The position numbers and the translations under genes were made by a program. A stretch of 64,000 bases of DNA from Hyaloraphidium curvatum SAG 235-1 (Eukaryota > Fungi > Monoblepharomycota), in NCBI GenBank assembly GCA_025558095.1, contig JAIVFI010000016.1, positions 248,001 to 312,000 of the forward strand, read 5' to 3'. A model generated the notes under the pieces. That model saw only the letters and a program-made list of their open reading frames with translations. It was not told the origin of the DNA and did not search any database. Below, one piece after another: positions 53,601-64,000 of this stretch (position 1 is its first letter; each line of letters opens with the position of its first letter).

Positions 53601-55243
53601 AGGCCGTCCTGCTCGCCCTCGGCCTTGAGGATCTCGACCTCGATCTGCAGCTCCTCGACGCGGTCCTTGAGCGCCGCCACCTCGCTCCCCAGCGCGTCGG
53701 CCTTTTCCTCGGCCACCTCCTTGTCCAGCGTCATGGACTCGAGGTTCTCGGCCGCCTCCTCGAGCCGCCTCTCGAGATCCGCCCTGCCCTCGCGCGCGGC
53801 CCTGAGCTCCTCCTTGAGCGCGCCCGCGGCGGCCTGCAGCTCGGTCACGCGCGAGCCGAGCTTGGCCTTTTCCCGCTCCAGAAGGTCGACCTCGGTGCCG
53901 AGGCGGACGAGGTCCGTGAGGCGGTGCAGGTCCTCCTCGCGCTGCCGCTCCATGACGCGGACGCGCACGCGCAGCTCCTCGAGCTCCCGCGAGTGCATCG
54001 CCTGGGTGGTGGAGCGCGGGGAGAGGAGGCCGTGTGCGCCGCCGGGCTGCGGGGATCCGGGGACGGCATGGTGGGCAACGTCCTCGGCTTCCACGGTGTC
54101 CTGGTTGTCCGCGGTGTCTTCAAGGGGTTCAGCGTCCTCGGCGTCCCCGGGCTTGTCGCCCTCCTCGGGTTGCTCGGGCTCGATCTCCTCGACGGGCGGC
54201 AAGGCAGGAGACGCCTCCGCGGATGCCTGCGCCCGGGGCGGCGTCGCCACCACGGGCGGCTCCTCGTGGGTCGGCGACGGAGGCGCGGAAATGTCTGCCA
54301 GGTTCAGGTCGCCGAGGGATTCGGCTGCGAGGTCCAGCTCCGGCCCGTCCGGCAGCGGCGTGCCGGCGGCCGAGGTCAGCCTGGTGCGGGGTCCGGGCGT
54401 CCTGTCCGGGATGTGCAGGCCCAGACCGACGGCGCCTTTTGCAGGCGAGGCAGGGCGCGAGGTGCTGGTGGATGCTGCGCGCGAGGGCGTGCGAGGGGCC
54501 GGCAGCTTGGCGGGCGAGGAGACGGTCGCGGCAGGGGGCCGCTGCGGCGAGGCCGGCGCCCTGGAGGAGATCGACGACACGCGCGACGCGGCGCGGGGTG
54601 TGCCGGGCGCCTGGGCTGCGGGGACGGGCGACCCGGCCGAGGAGAGGTTCGGCGACGGGCTGGCAGAGCGAGCAGCGGGGGGAGCGGCGGCCGAGGCGCG
54701 CGACGGCACGCGCGAGGTCGGTGCGGCGATGCGCGAGGGTGCAGCGGTCGGGGCGGCCGGGCGCGGGGGCCGCGCGGAGCCGACTGCGGGCACGGCGGAG
54801 CGGGCGGCGGCCGGCGTGCGGTCATCGCGCGGCTTGTCGAGCAGCGCGGCGCGCAGCGAGGCGCGGAAGTCGGCGGCGCGCGCGGGCGTGGCGGCGGGCG
54901 GAGTGGCGGGGGGCGGCACGGCGGCAGCCGGGGGGGCGGCAGGCGGGGGGGCACTCGCCGCCAGAGGGGCAGCGGGAGCGGCAGCGGCAGCGGCAGCCGG
55001 TGCCGGCGAGGGGGCCGCCGGCGTCGCGATCGCGCGCAGCTGCGACGGCCGCACAAACAGCCCGTGCTGCGGCGCGCACTCAAAGTACTTCTCGCCGTTG
55101 ACGGACCCGTCGTTCTTGCCGGCCGGCAACGGCAGCTCGAGCCCGACCCACGTGCCCGCGGCAAACGCCGTCGTCCCCACAAACCGCACGACGCATTCCG
55201 TGCCGCGGTAGTCCACGCGCTCGCCCACGCGGTGCTCGGCCAT
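50635..55243 (-). CDS. DCTN1: Dynactin p150Glued subunit
   Basis: CAP-Gly FVGTTAFAAGTWVGLEL..GKNDGSV..YF.C..HGLFVR; basic/Pro-Ser linker; coiled coils with TLDKEVAEEKA, LVKLRD, AEDMVVALTEKNL. Confidence 0.95.
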
Positions 55244-55387
55244 TTCAAAGGAGCAATGCAATCCGGGGACCGCCGACGCGTTCACGGCGCTTCGCAGGTC
55301 TGCAATCGGTCCCTTGGTCTTCATCGAGCCTGGCAAACAGAGACCGCCGCCGCCTCCGCCGTCCTCCGCTCCAGCAGCACCGCAGAG

Positions 55388-56977
55388 ATGGGCGACTCGG
55401 TGTCGGAGTACCTGCAGGTCCGCCGTCCAGGCAGCCCCCGGTCCCTCCCTCCTTCTGACCCTCAACACCCCTCACCACCCGCGACCCCAACCCACCCATC
55501 CCCCACACCTTCCGCCGACCACGCAGATGGGCATGGAGTGGTACAAGAAGGCCGTCAACGCTGTCATGCAGTACGGCGAGTACGAGATCAAAGTGCGCGA
55601 GGCCACGGGCAACGAGCCGTGGGGCGCCGCGTCCAAGCTCATGCTCGAGATTGCCGAGGCCACGCACCACTACCAGGGATTCAACGAGGTCATGGAGACC
55701 ATATTCAAGCGGTACGCTGCCCTCCCCGTTGCCCGGGCACGGCCATCCCGCCTCATGCGCGCTCTTCGGCCGGCTCCAGGTTCCAGGAGCCCCGGGACAA
55801 GTGGCGCTGCGTGTACAAGTCGCTGACGCTGCTCGAGTACCTGGTCAAGAACGGCTCGGAGCGCGTCATCGACTACGCACGCGACCACATCTACGACATC
55901 AAGGCCCTGCGCAACTTCCACTACACCAGCGAAAAGGGCAAGGACGAGGGGCTGAACGGTGCGTCGCGCGCCCCTCTTCTGACACCGGTCGCTCACCGGG
56001 GTTCCGCCAGTCCGCAACCGCGCCAAGGAGCTGTCCGAGCTCCTGGCCGACACGGACCGCATCAAGGCCGAGCGGAAAAAGGCCCGGCAGAACCGCTCCA
56101 AGTACACGGGCGTGTCGGGCGACGAGATGAGGATGGGCGCGACGGGCTTCGGCAGCGCGACGGGGTTCGGGAGCGCGAGCAGGTACCAGGGGTTCGGGAG
56201 CGACAGCTTGAGGAACCAGGGAGGCGGGGGCGGGTTCAACGGCGACTCGCGGGCGGGGAGGTACGACGAAGAGGACAACGACAGGGACGAGAGGTGGGCC
56301 TGCCTGGTTGCCGGCCGCGGACTTCGCGCTCAGCTCCGTTCGTCAGGTCGCCTTCGCCGCCGCCCGAGCGCGCCCCAGGGCACAACACGGACAAACCGAC
56401 GCCTCCGACGCCCTCGGCGTCCAGCGCCGGTCCTCTGGTGGACCTGCTCGACGACCTTCCCGGGGCGTTCGGTGGCATGAGCACCGGCGGCGCGGGGCCC
56501 GCCGACGACGAAGACGAATTTGGCGGGTTCCAGGCGGCCGAGCCCTCTCCGGCCGCCAAGGCCTCGTCCTCCTCCTCGCTGGACTTTGGGGCATTTTCCT
56601 CCTCCTCGACCCCGGCGCCAGCTTCCAAGCCCGCAGGATCGGGCGCGGGCGCCGGCTGGGCCGATTTCGCGGCGGCCCCTGCGCCGCAGCCCAAACCCCT
56701 CGCGGCATCGGGCCCCGCACCGTTGCGCGCCGCCGCCCCCGCTGCCGTTTCCCCGGTGCTGCCCGGGCCGATACCCCTTTCCTCTTCCTCTGCTGCCAAA
56801 CCGCAGGCGCCCGCGGACCCGTTCGCCGGCCTGTTCGACATCAGCGCATCGTCGCTGGCGCCGGCGAAAAAGGCGGAGGCGAAGCCGTCCGGCCCGCCGC
56901 TTTACGCGCTGCCCGTGAACAACGTTGCCCCTGCGTCTTTCGGCTCGGGCAGCTCGGGCGGGGATTCTCTCATCTAG
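55388..56977 (+). CDS. ENT3: ENTH-domain epsin-related adaptor (Ent3/epsinR-like)
   Basis: EIKVREATGNEPWGA, WRCVYKSLTLLEYLVKNGSERV, GKDEGLNVRNRAKE; tail motifs LVDLLDD, DEFGGF, DFGAF, WADF, DPF. Confidence 0.88.
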   Translation: MGDSVSEYLQVRRPGSPRSLPPSDPQHPSPPATPTHPSPTPSADHADGHGVVQEGRQRCHAVRRVRDQSARGHGQRAVGRRVQAHARDCRGHAPLPGIQRGHGDHIQAVRCPPRCPGTAIPPHARSSAGSRFQEPRDKWRCVYKSLTLLEYLVKNGSERVIDYARDHIYDIKALRNFHYTSEKGKDEGLNGASRAPLLTPVAHRGSASPQPRQGAVRAPGRHGPHQGRAEKGPAEPLQVHGRVGRRDEDGRDGLRQRDGVREREQVPGVRERQLEEPGRRGRVQRRLAGGEVRRRGQRQGREVGLPGCRPRTSRSAPFVRSPSPPPERAPGHNTDKPTPPTPSASSAGPLVDLLDDLPGAFGGMSTGGAGPADDEDEFGGFQAAEPSPAAKASSSSSLDFGAFSSSSTPAPASKPAGSGAGAGWADFAAAPAPQPKPLAASGPAPLRAAAPAAVSPVLPGPIPLSSSSAAKPQAPADPFAGLFDISASSLAPAKKAEAKPSGPPLYALPVNNVAPASFGSGSSGGDSLI

Positions 56978-57060
56978 TTGCGGTCGTGGAACAGGTGATC
57001 TGTACTAGGAAGGTGCCTACAATGGCGGCACAATTACAACATTGACAAAGGGAGGAATCA

Positions 57061-60000
57061 CTACTCTGCTAGACGCAGGCTGCGCCGCACGCCCCCGGAC
57101 CCGCACGTAAAGGCGTAGGCGCCCCTGATGACGACCTCCATGACGCCAGACGTGGAGCTCGCTGGTCGGGGCATCCGCAGGGCTTTGGAGGCGTGGTGAA
57201 CGTTGCTCCACGTCTCCTTGCGGCCAAAGCCCGTCAGGGACCAAGCCACCAGCTCGCCGTCCGACGAGCCCGAGATGAACATGTCCTGGTCCTCGTCAAT
57301 GGCCAGCGTCTTGACGAGCGTGCTGTGCGCCTGCAGTGTGTTGAGAAGCGTTCGCTGGCGCACGTCGTAGATGCCTGTCGCCGACCGATCGGTGAGCTAG
57401 CTGCAGCGCTCGGGAAACGGAGGAACAACGTACAGATGTCGCCTTTCTTGCCGCCGGAGAAGAGAAGCTGATGTCGCGCGGCGTACGCCAGGCTGTATGC
57501 GCCACCATCGTGCACGGTGAACGCTGCACGGGGAAGCAGGATGAGTGAGTGCTGCGGGAAAACGAGGGACGCCTGACCTCGGATCCTCGCTCGGGCGCTA
57601 GGTAGCAGCGTGTCCCATATGCAAACGTTCGCGTTGCCAGACGACGAGCCGGCCGTCGCGATCAAGGTGGTAGAGCCAAGGAAGCAAAAGTCGTGGAGGG
57701 TGTTTGAGTGGCAGGAGAAGCTGGCAAAGGGGAGTGCGGCCTTTTCCTGCGATTCGAACCTCCAGAGCGTCAGGACGCCAGAGGCATCGGACGCGCCAAA
57801 CACGTGTCCGACGGGGTCGAATCGGCAGCGGGTGATTTTGGTCGGCGATCCCCGATTGTAGCTAATCAGCGGGTCGGGCTGGCCGAACTGGTACAGTGAA
57901 ATGTACGGCGGGTGGTTGGAGCTTGCTTGCTCCGAGACAGCGGCGAGATCTGGGACGAGGATAAGGCTCTGCGCAAGGGAGTGGACCAGGCAGCGCTCAC
58001 AGTAGTTGAGGGTAGGGTGGGGCTCGATGCACGACAGCCCAGTAATCGATCGCCGAAGACGAGTGCCGTTGTCGGCGTCGACTTTCGCGAGCGGTTCCAA
58101 TCAGCACGGGGCAGAGCAACGACCAATTGTCAATCTCACCGGGCAATTTGGCGCTGGAACGGGTCTTGATCAAGGGACCCGAATCCGCTGGACTGCTCCT
58201 CTTCGACGCACTAAGCGGGGACCCGTCCTCCGACCCATCCGCAAAGTCGGCCTGCAATCGGCGTGCCAATCAGCAAACGCACCCTCGGTTTGCCTCGCCT
58301 CAATACCTTGTTGAAAAAGATGGCTGCTTCGATGTCGAGCTCCAGTATCCCTTTGGCTGTCGCGACAGCCACAATGTTCTCATCCAACTGCGCAAGTGTC
58401 AGATCCTTGATCCTTGCTTCCGGGGCCCGCCGTCACCTACCGGATTGATAGCCAAAGAGCCCACGGCATCCGAGTTCCGGTAGACGACGTCGACCTCATG
58501 CGCCGACCCGTTTGCCCTCTGCATCTTGATGAGATGTGGACCCTTCCAGCGAGTGGATCGACTCACCATAGGCAACCGCGCAACGAGGACGTCGTACATA
58601 AGGGTCGGGGTCGCCAGGTCCTTTACAACCGCCCACAGTTTGCGTGATGGACCGCCTCTGATGAGCTTGACCACCTGGGGAAGCGTGGGTGCGCCTGCGG
58701 GCAACACGTGTGTGTCCAGACTCTCAGTTCGAAGGGGCGGAAACGCGACCAACCTTCGGGGGCCGTGAAGAGAGGAGACTCCAGTATCGAAGATTGGACG
58801 CGGTACAGCAAGGTCGACAGCGGTCGCAAGAGCCCGTCGCGGACAAAGGAATAGAGGGTGTCTGTTGCGGCGAGTCAACTTCCGGCGCAGCAAATCGCCA
58901 AGCCCACCCACCCGAACCCGAGTCCTCGAGGACCAGGAGGTAATCCCCGACGCGCGCGGATGCGTAGGTCAGAGCGAAGTAAAGGACAACGTCGTCGGCA
59001 ACCAGGTTCTCGGCCGACTTGGGTTTAGGTCGGAATTCGGCGGTGGCCTCATCGAACTCCTGGTCGCTGTCAGGATCTCCGGAGTCTGCCGCCGGCACGA
59101 GCGGCTGCAGTTGCACGCGGTGAGAAGATACAGCACGCGACTACAAGACCGCCACGAACCACGTTTCCCGACAGGAGCGAGTCCACCAAAGCGAACACTG
59201 CGGGCAAGTCCCTATTTCGGAGTGCCGCGAAGAAGGATGGCGTGCACTGTATCAAGTTGGCGACGGTGGCAAAATCCTTCATCATGTTCGCCGACAGCAG
59301 CCACGTGACGAATGCGGTGACCGCGGCTTGGGGAATGAACGACAGAGCCGCAGCTGGATCGACGCTTCCTGCGGACTTCTGTTGCCACCGATTCAAGGAC
59401 GCCAGCAGCCGCCTAGGATGCGCATGAACATACGATGGTCAGAATGCGCACGTCGGCAGCGACCGCCTGCTCACCTCGAGAACGAAGAGATGAACTCAAC
59501 AAAAACGGGCGGCAGCGCTTTCCGAGCCACTTCAAACGCCAAACGTGCCACTGTGTTGCACTCTTGCACCATAAACAGGGCCAGGCTCTCCGCATAGCTC
59601 GCCAGCTCCCCCGTGAGTGGCAACAGCTCAATGTACGCGCGGAAGACATCCGCTTCTCGGCAACGAAGGTTGATGACACGATCCAGGACCTCGAGCGGCA
59701 TTTCGATGGCTTCCGACATGCTGTTCAAGCCGTCATGCATGCTGTCGAAGAACGAGGAGAACACAGGGTCCGATTGCAGGACGTCCATGTTGTCGCACAC
59801 GTTTGCGGTGGCGGTCGTCGCAGCCTGTGCAAGCGGAGAAAGCCGTCGAGTCAAAACATTTTCGTACTTTCGACGGGCGTACCTGAACAAGGCGCATCCC
59901 GAGGAACCACTTGAAGAGCCTTGCATTCCTGTTCTCCATGAGGAAGTTGAAGGCGGTCTTCCGATCCATGTCGGGAGTATCTTCGGCGTTGTGGACAGCT

Positions 60001-63000
60001 TTGGAAAACCCAAGAGTTCCGCCGGGCTTCGGCAGGTCTAGCGACGTGTCGAGGATCGAGGAGACGTACGATTCCGGCTCTTTCGTCCTGGTCATAGGCT
60101 GCGACCAGTCAAAGTCTTCGGCCTTCTCGGAAACGGGAGCTGGATTCGCCGAAGGAACTCCGAGCAGCGCCGAAGGCGTCGTTCCCGTTCCTACGCTCCC
60201 ATTAGCAGCCGGCGGTTGGGATAGGTAGTCCAACGAAACTCTGCTCTTCCTCCGACCACCGCCTGTGTGGTCCTGCGAAGCGGCGGAGCTTTGGCGCGAC
60301 TTTGGCGGTTGGTGCCGGAGATTGTCGACAGCTTTCTGCACTGCAGTGAGAACTCCCCAGTCTGCCAGGCCGCTGTCCAAAGCAAGCGATCCCCTTCGTC
60401 TGATGAAGCTCGCGAGCACCGCCGCATCCTCGAACCCGTTTTCCGGGGAGCCCGCGCGCGAATCGCTGTCGAGAAGCTTCGGGTCTGGCTGTGGCAGCCA
60501 GTCGTTGAACTGCTCGAGGATCTTCAACGCCAGCGCGGGACATCCGATCTTCTCGTAGGCGCAAATGGTCTGGTAAATGAACTCCGTCTCCACATCCTGG
60601 GGCACCAGAGGAAAGAAACGAACGCTGGCATAGTAGCGTTTGAGGTAGTCGTATCCGACGAGGAGCGCCGGATCGTTCAGGGCAGCCAGCAATTCCTTCG
60701 TGACCGGAGGGCACGGCCGATCCTCTGCGAGCACGTCGAGGGGGATCTAAGAGCCACATCAATCACGTACAGACTGGACCGACGTGCGACCTCACCATAA
60801 GGCTGAGAATGGCCTTCTCTCGATCTTGCATTGCCGAGAAAGCCAGGCTCGCCATCCAACGATCTTGCTGCGCCAAGGATCTGGGAAGCATGTGGGAACC
60901 CGTGATCTCCTTGAGGAGCTCGCTGTTGTCGCCTAAAAGGAAGCTTAGCACTGACTAGGCAGTCATTCAAGCAACGGAAGTCACCTTCGAACACTCTCGT
61001 GATTGCGAAGGCCAGCTGCGGGTCATCGAGCTGTTTAAGGCACACGCTCACGGCGTCGCGTAAACGATCGCCCAAGAGGAAAAAAGCGACAGCGTATTCT
61101 GGGACGCGAAGGTGGTTCCTCATCAGTTTCGTACCAAGCAAGGGACAGCCCAGAGACCAACCGAAGCGCTGCCGGGACATGAGCGCGAACGCGTTCTTCG
61201 CCGCCGCCGTTTGCCATCGCGCTTGAGTGAAATCGTTCGACAGGAACTTGATCATCGTTTCCCTTTCCGCGGTGCTGGGGGTGGTCTTCCACAAGGCAAG
61301 AAGCAGGTTCTTCTTGCGCAGAGCAAGGAAAAAGACGGCGCACGCCACGGCGTCGCCTTCCTCCTTTTCTTTGAAGTGGTTCCGTCCGATGATTTCGAAA
61401 GTCTTTCTCTGCCACCGTATCGGGTGTCAAGGGGCGGTGTACGCGTGCAGTCCAACGCCCACGACGCACCAGTGTCTCGAGGTTTTTCATCCAAAAGCCC
61501 ATGCCGTAGGCTCTGGCCTGCGGCCACAACAGCTTTCCTCCAGCCACCGACACACAGGTTTCGTAGAGGATATCCTGGCGTAGACGCATTCAACGGGAGC
61601 TCGACCGAAGCGCGCTGAGTGTGCCTACCTGTGACTCGCTGTGATAAGCCCAAAAGATGTCGACCGGCTGGATCTGCGATTCCCTCGTGCCGGGCATGAC
61701 CTTGGAAAGATACAGAGAAAGGCGAAGGTATAGGATGTAGCGGATGCCGTTCTCGTCCAGCGACCGGCGCTGCTGCTCTCCTTGAATCACGGTGTCCACA
61801 ACCGCCATGAGGATCAGTTGCTCGTTGGCGTCGATTCCGGGCAGTGCCACGGTTGTCAAGAGTTCGAGCAGCGCCTGCGCATCCTGCGCCGAAAACTCGG
61901 CTTCCGCGTTCTCCCTGCAGAAGAGTGCGTTCGCTTGCCGAACATGGCCGAATCAAGCTCGCACAGCGCTTACCGATCTTGGTTCCCGCTCCCGAACAAC
62001 TGCTCGTAGAGAGCTTCCTGGTCGGCCGTGTCCACCTGCTCGATTTCAAGGCTGTTAAAGAGTTTCCACAGGGGGATGGGGATGTCCTTGATCTCCCTCT
62101 TGGCGTCAGCCATGAGCCGCACATAGCGGTACAGAAGGCCGAGGATGTACTTGACGTAGTCGTATTTGCCTGCCAGACCCTGTCAACAACGGCGGAAAGG
62201 GGCGACGCGTCCGGCTTACCCCAGAGCATGTACTGGATAAGGAGCATCGGATGGTGGTCCGGAAGCCTGCCGTTGACTTTGGAAGCCTTCTGGAACACCG
62301 TGAGCTCCCGGGAAAGCCCCGTTTCGCCCGCTTTCGAAACTATTGCCCACAATCAGTTCCAGAAAAAAGGGCAAGAGAGCGATCAGGCAACGCACCCATC
62401 TTCTCGTCCCGGAGCCACTTTGAGTAGCAGGTGATCTCGTGATCGGTGGCAAAAATCAAGAGGCCGTTGTTCATCCAGGCCAGGCACCGGCCCAGGGCGC
62501 CTCGCGGGGTGTTGACGTCGTCCCGGAGGCCGATCTTTGTAATCTGCTTCCAGACGGGCACGTTGAAAATGTTGAAGTGCAAGCCCATGGCCTCCACCCG
62601 GTGCGGGCAGTAGACCTTGATCTCCTTCCCGACAGCGACGGCAAGCAGGACCTGAGCATCCGCAGTGAGGTTCCAGTCGAGGTCCACCACCGGATCGCTG
62701 AGTGGACCGGCGGACCGCGTGAGTACGGACCAGCCTGTGAAGAGGGCAAACGCAACTTACTCGAACACAATTTCCCCCTCCTCTCTCGCCCTAGTGCCCG
62801 TGGCTTCGTAGTCCAAAATCGAGATGACATCTTGCGCACCTCGAGAGTAGACTATGGCAACCTTGCCAAAGGGGCTCGCCTTGACCCGTTTGACGCTCGC
62901 AAAGTCTATGCCCGAGCCGACGATCGTCTCGCAAGACGTCTTGAACTTGGTCGCTACGGATTCCCGGCGCAAGACATCCAGCGTCCCCGTCCGAGTCTGC

Positions 63001-64000
63001 CAGAAACGAATGACATTGTCGTCCGTGTACGTCAGGAACATGTGCGACCCCAAGGGTGCGGTCGGCGAATACATCGAAACGATGGCGTTGGTAGGCGACG
63101 CGAACTTTAGAGAGGCGCCATGGGGAAGAGACAGCCGATCCTCGTCGACAAGGACGACGTCTGATAGCTCCCGGCCTGGGTTCAACACCGCGTCAGCCTG
63201 GATCCGTGACACACACAAGCACTGGCAACCCACCGCCCTTGAGAACCGCAGTCCAAATCATCACCTGGGCATCCTCGCAGACGGCGACGACGATCGCATG
63301 CATCGTCTGCGGGTCGTCGCCCGCGTGTACCGGCTCTTTTGGCTCCGAGAAGGCCTGAAGCATCAGAAAAGCAGAGTCCGCCCCGTATCCGTCGAACTTG
63401 TGCAGCAGATCGATCGACGACTGGCCTACGGAGAAGGCAAAAAGCCCCGAGTTGTTCTGCACCAGCAGAATCGGAGCTGCGAGATATCAGCAACCGCCGA
63501 CAGTGGTGCACACAGGGGCGCCAACCAGTAGGGAACCAAGCGAGCTTCCGGGGCGCCACATCCTGGGGTAAAGCTGCGACAAAGTCGAGGCCCTCGGAGT
63601 AGCGGATGCCAATCTCGGGAATAGTGACTTTCCACACGTTGAGCTCCCCGTCGCGGCCGATGCTGGCGCAAAAGTCAAGCATAGGATGTCGAACGAACTT
63701 GACCGGGGAGAGCCGGTGGCCGGCAAAGGATCGAAGCAACCGAATGTGTGACGAGTCACGTGTGATGGCAAAAAACTCGTCCAGGTTCTCCATGTAAACG
63801 TTGATCACTCCCGCTTCGTTCTGCGTGAGGAAGTAGATTTCGGACGGAAGAAAGACGCCTGCCGACGATAGAACATAAGGCGTGCGCAGATGCCTGGGCT
63901 TTTGCGCACAGTCTCACCGGAAGAGCGGATAACGTTCGCATTCTGGAACACGTGCGGAGTATCTTTGAAGAAAGCATAGTCATGCGGCAGCAGCGCATTC
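57061..64000 (-). CDS. RAV1: Rav1/Rabconnectin-3alpha (DMXL-like) V-ATPase assembly factor, 5' end outside window
   Basis: LPDHHP..LIQY, SLDENGIRY, WAYHSESQ, ARAYGMGFW, FLSNDF..RW.TAAAKNAFALMSRQRF, AFFLLG; C-terminal WD40 repeats (NVCIWDTLLP, SGGKKGDI). Confidence 0.92.

Noticed and set aside
52493-56977. 1494-aa plus-strand ORF
   Set aside because: It is the antisense shadow of GC-rich DCTN1 running into ENT3 introns and its last exon; it is not one protein.
1-64000. CRISPR arrays, transposases, rRNA or tRNA genes
   Set aside because: None recognised by eye; small ncRNAs cannot be excluded without Infernal/tRNAscan.

Overview
This is a gene-dense, GC-rich eukaryotic window, not a prokaryotic one. 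It holds about 31 protein-coding genes with mostly short (about 45-65 nt) GT-AG introns, GCTGAC/GCTCAC-like branch sites and very small intergenic gaps. Gene content (TOK-type K+ channel, FLC/TRP-like protein, Hrq1, Rav1 with an animal-like C-terminal WD40 extension) points to an early-diverging fungus; a Monoblepharidomycota/chytrid-like source is my inference only. The first ~17 kb is accessory: BTB paralogs, a bacterial-type DUF4256 gene, a Cys-rich GPI-like protein, a divergent cyclase/aminotransferase pair, hemerythrin, two His-box desaturase-family genes, an L-type lectin and PhyH. The remainder is mostly core genes: VMS1, LTN1, IMPase, MRE11, SNRNP40, KAR, ceramidase, RPC4, HRQ1, p150Glued, ENT3 and RAV1. 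Main leads: (1) the ribosome-quality-control genes VMS1 and LTN1 lie tail-to-tail 14 bp apart; (2) a bacterial-like cyclase and a PLP aminotransferase share a 122-bp promoter with a centred inverted repeat; (3) an FLC/TRP-like membrane protein carries a large ectodomain with a ZP-module-like layout; (4) an intronless bacterial DUF4256 gene; (5) a prokaryotic-type eight-cysteine-cluster-like domain in a surface protein. Family assignments come from motif recognition by eye and exon boundaries were inferred manually. Coordinates of spliced genes are overall spans.
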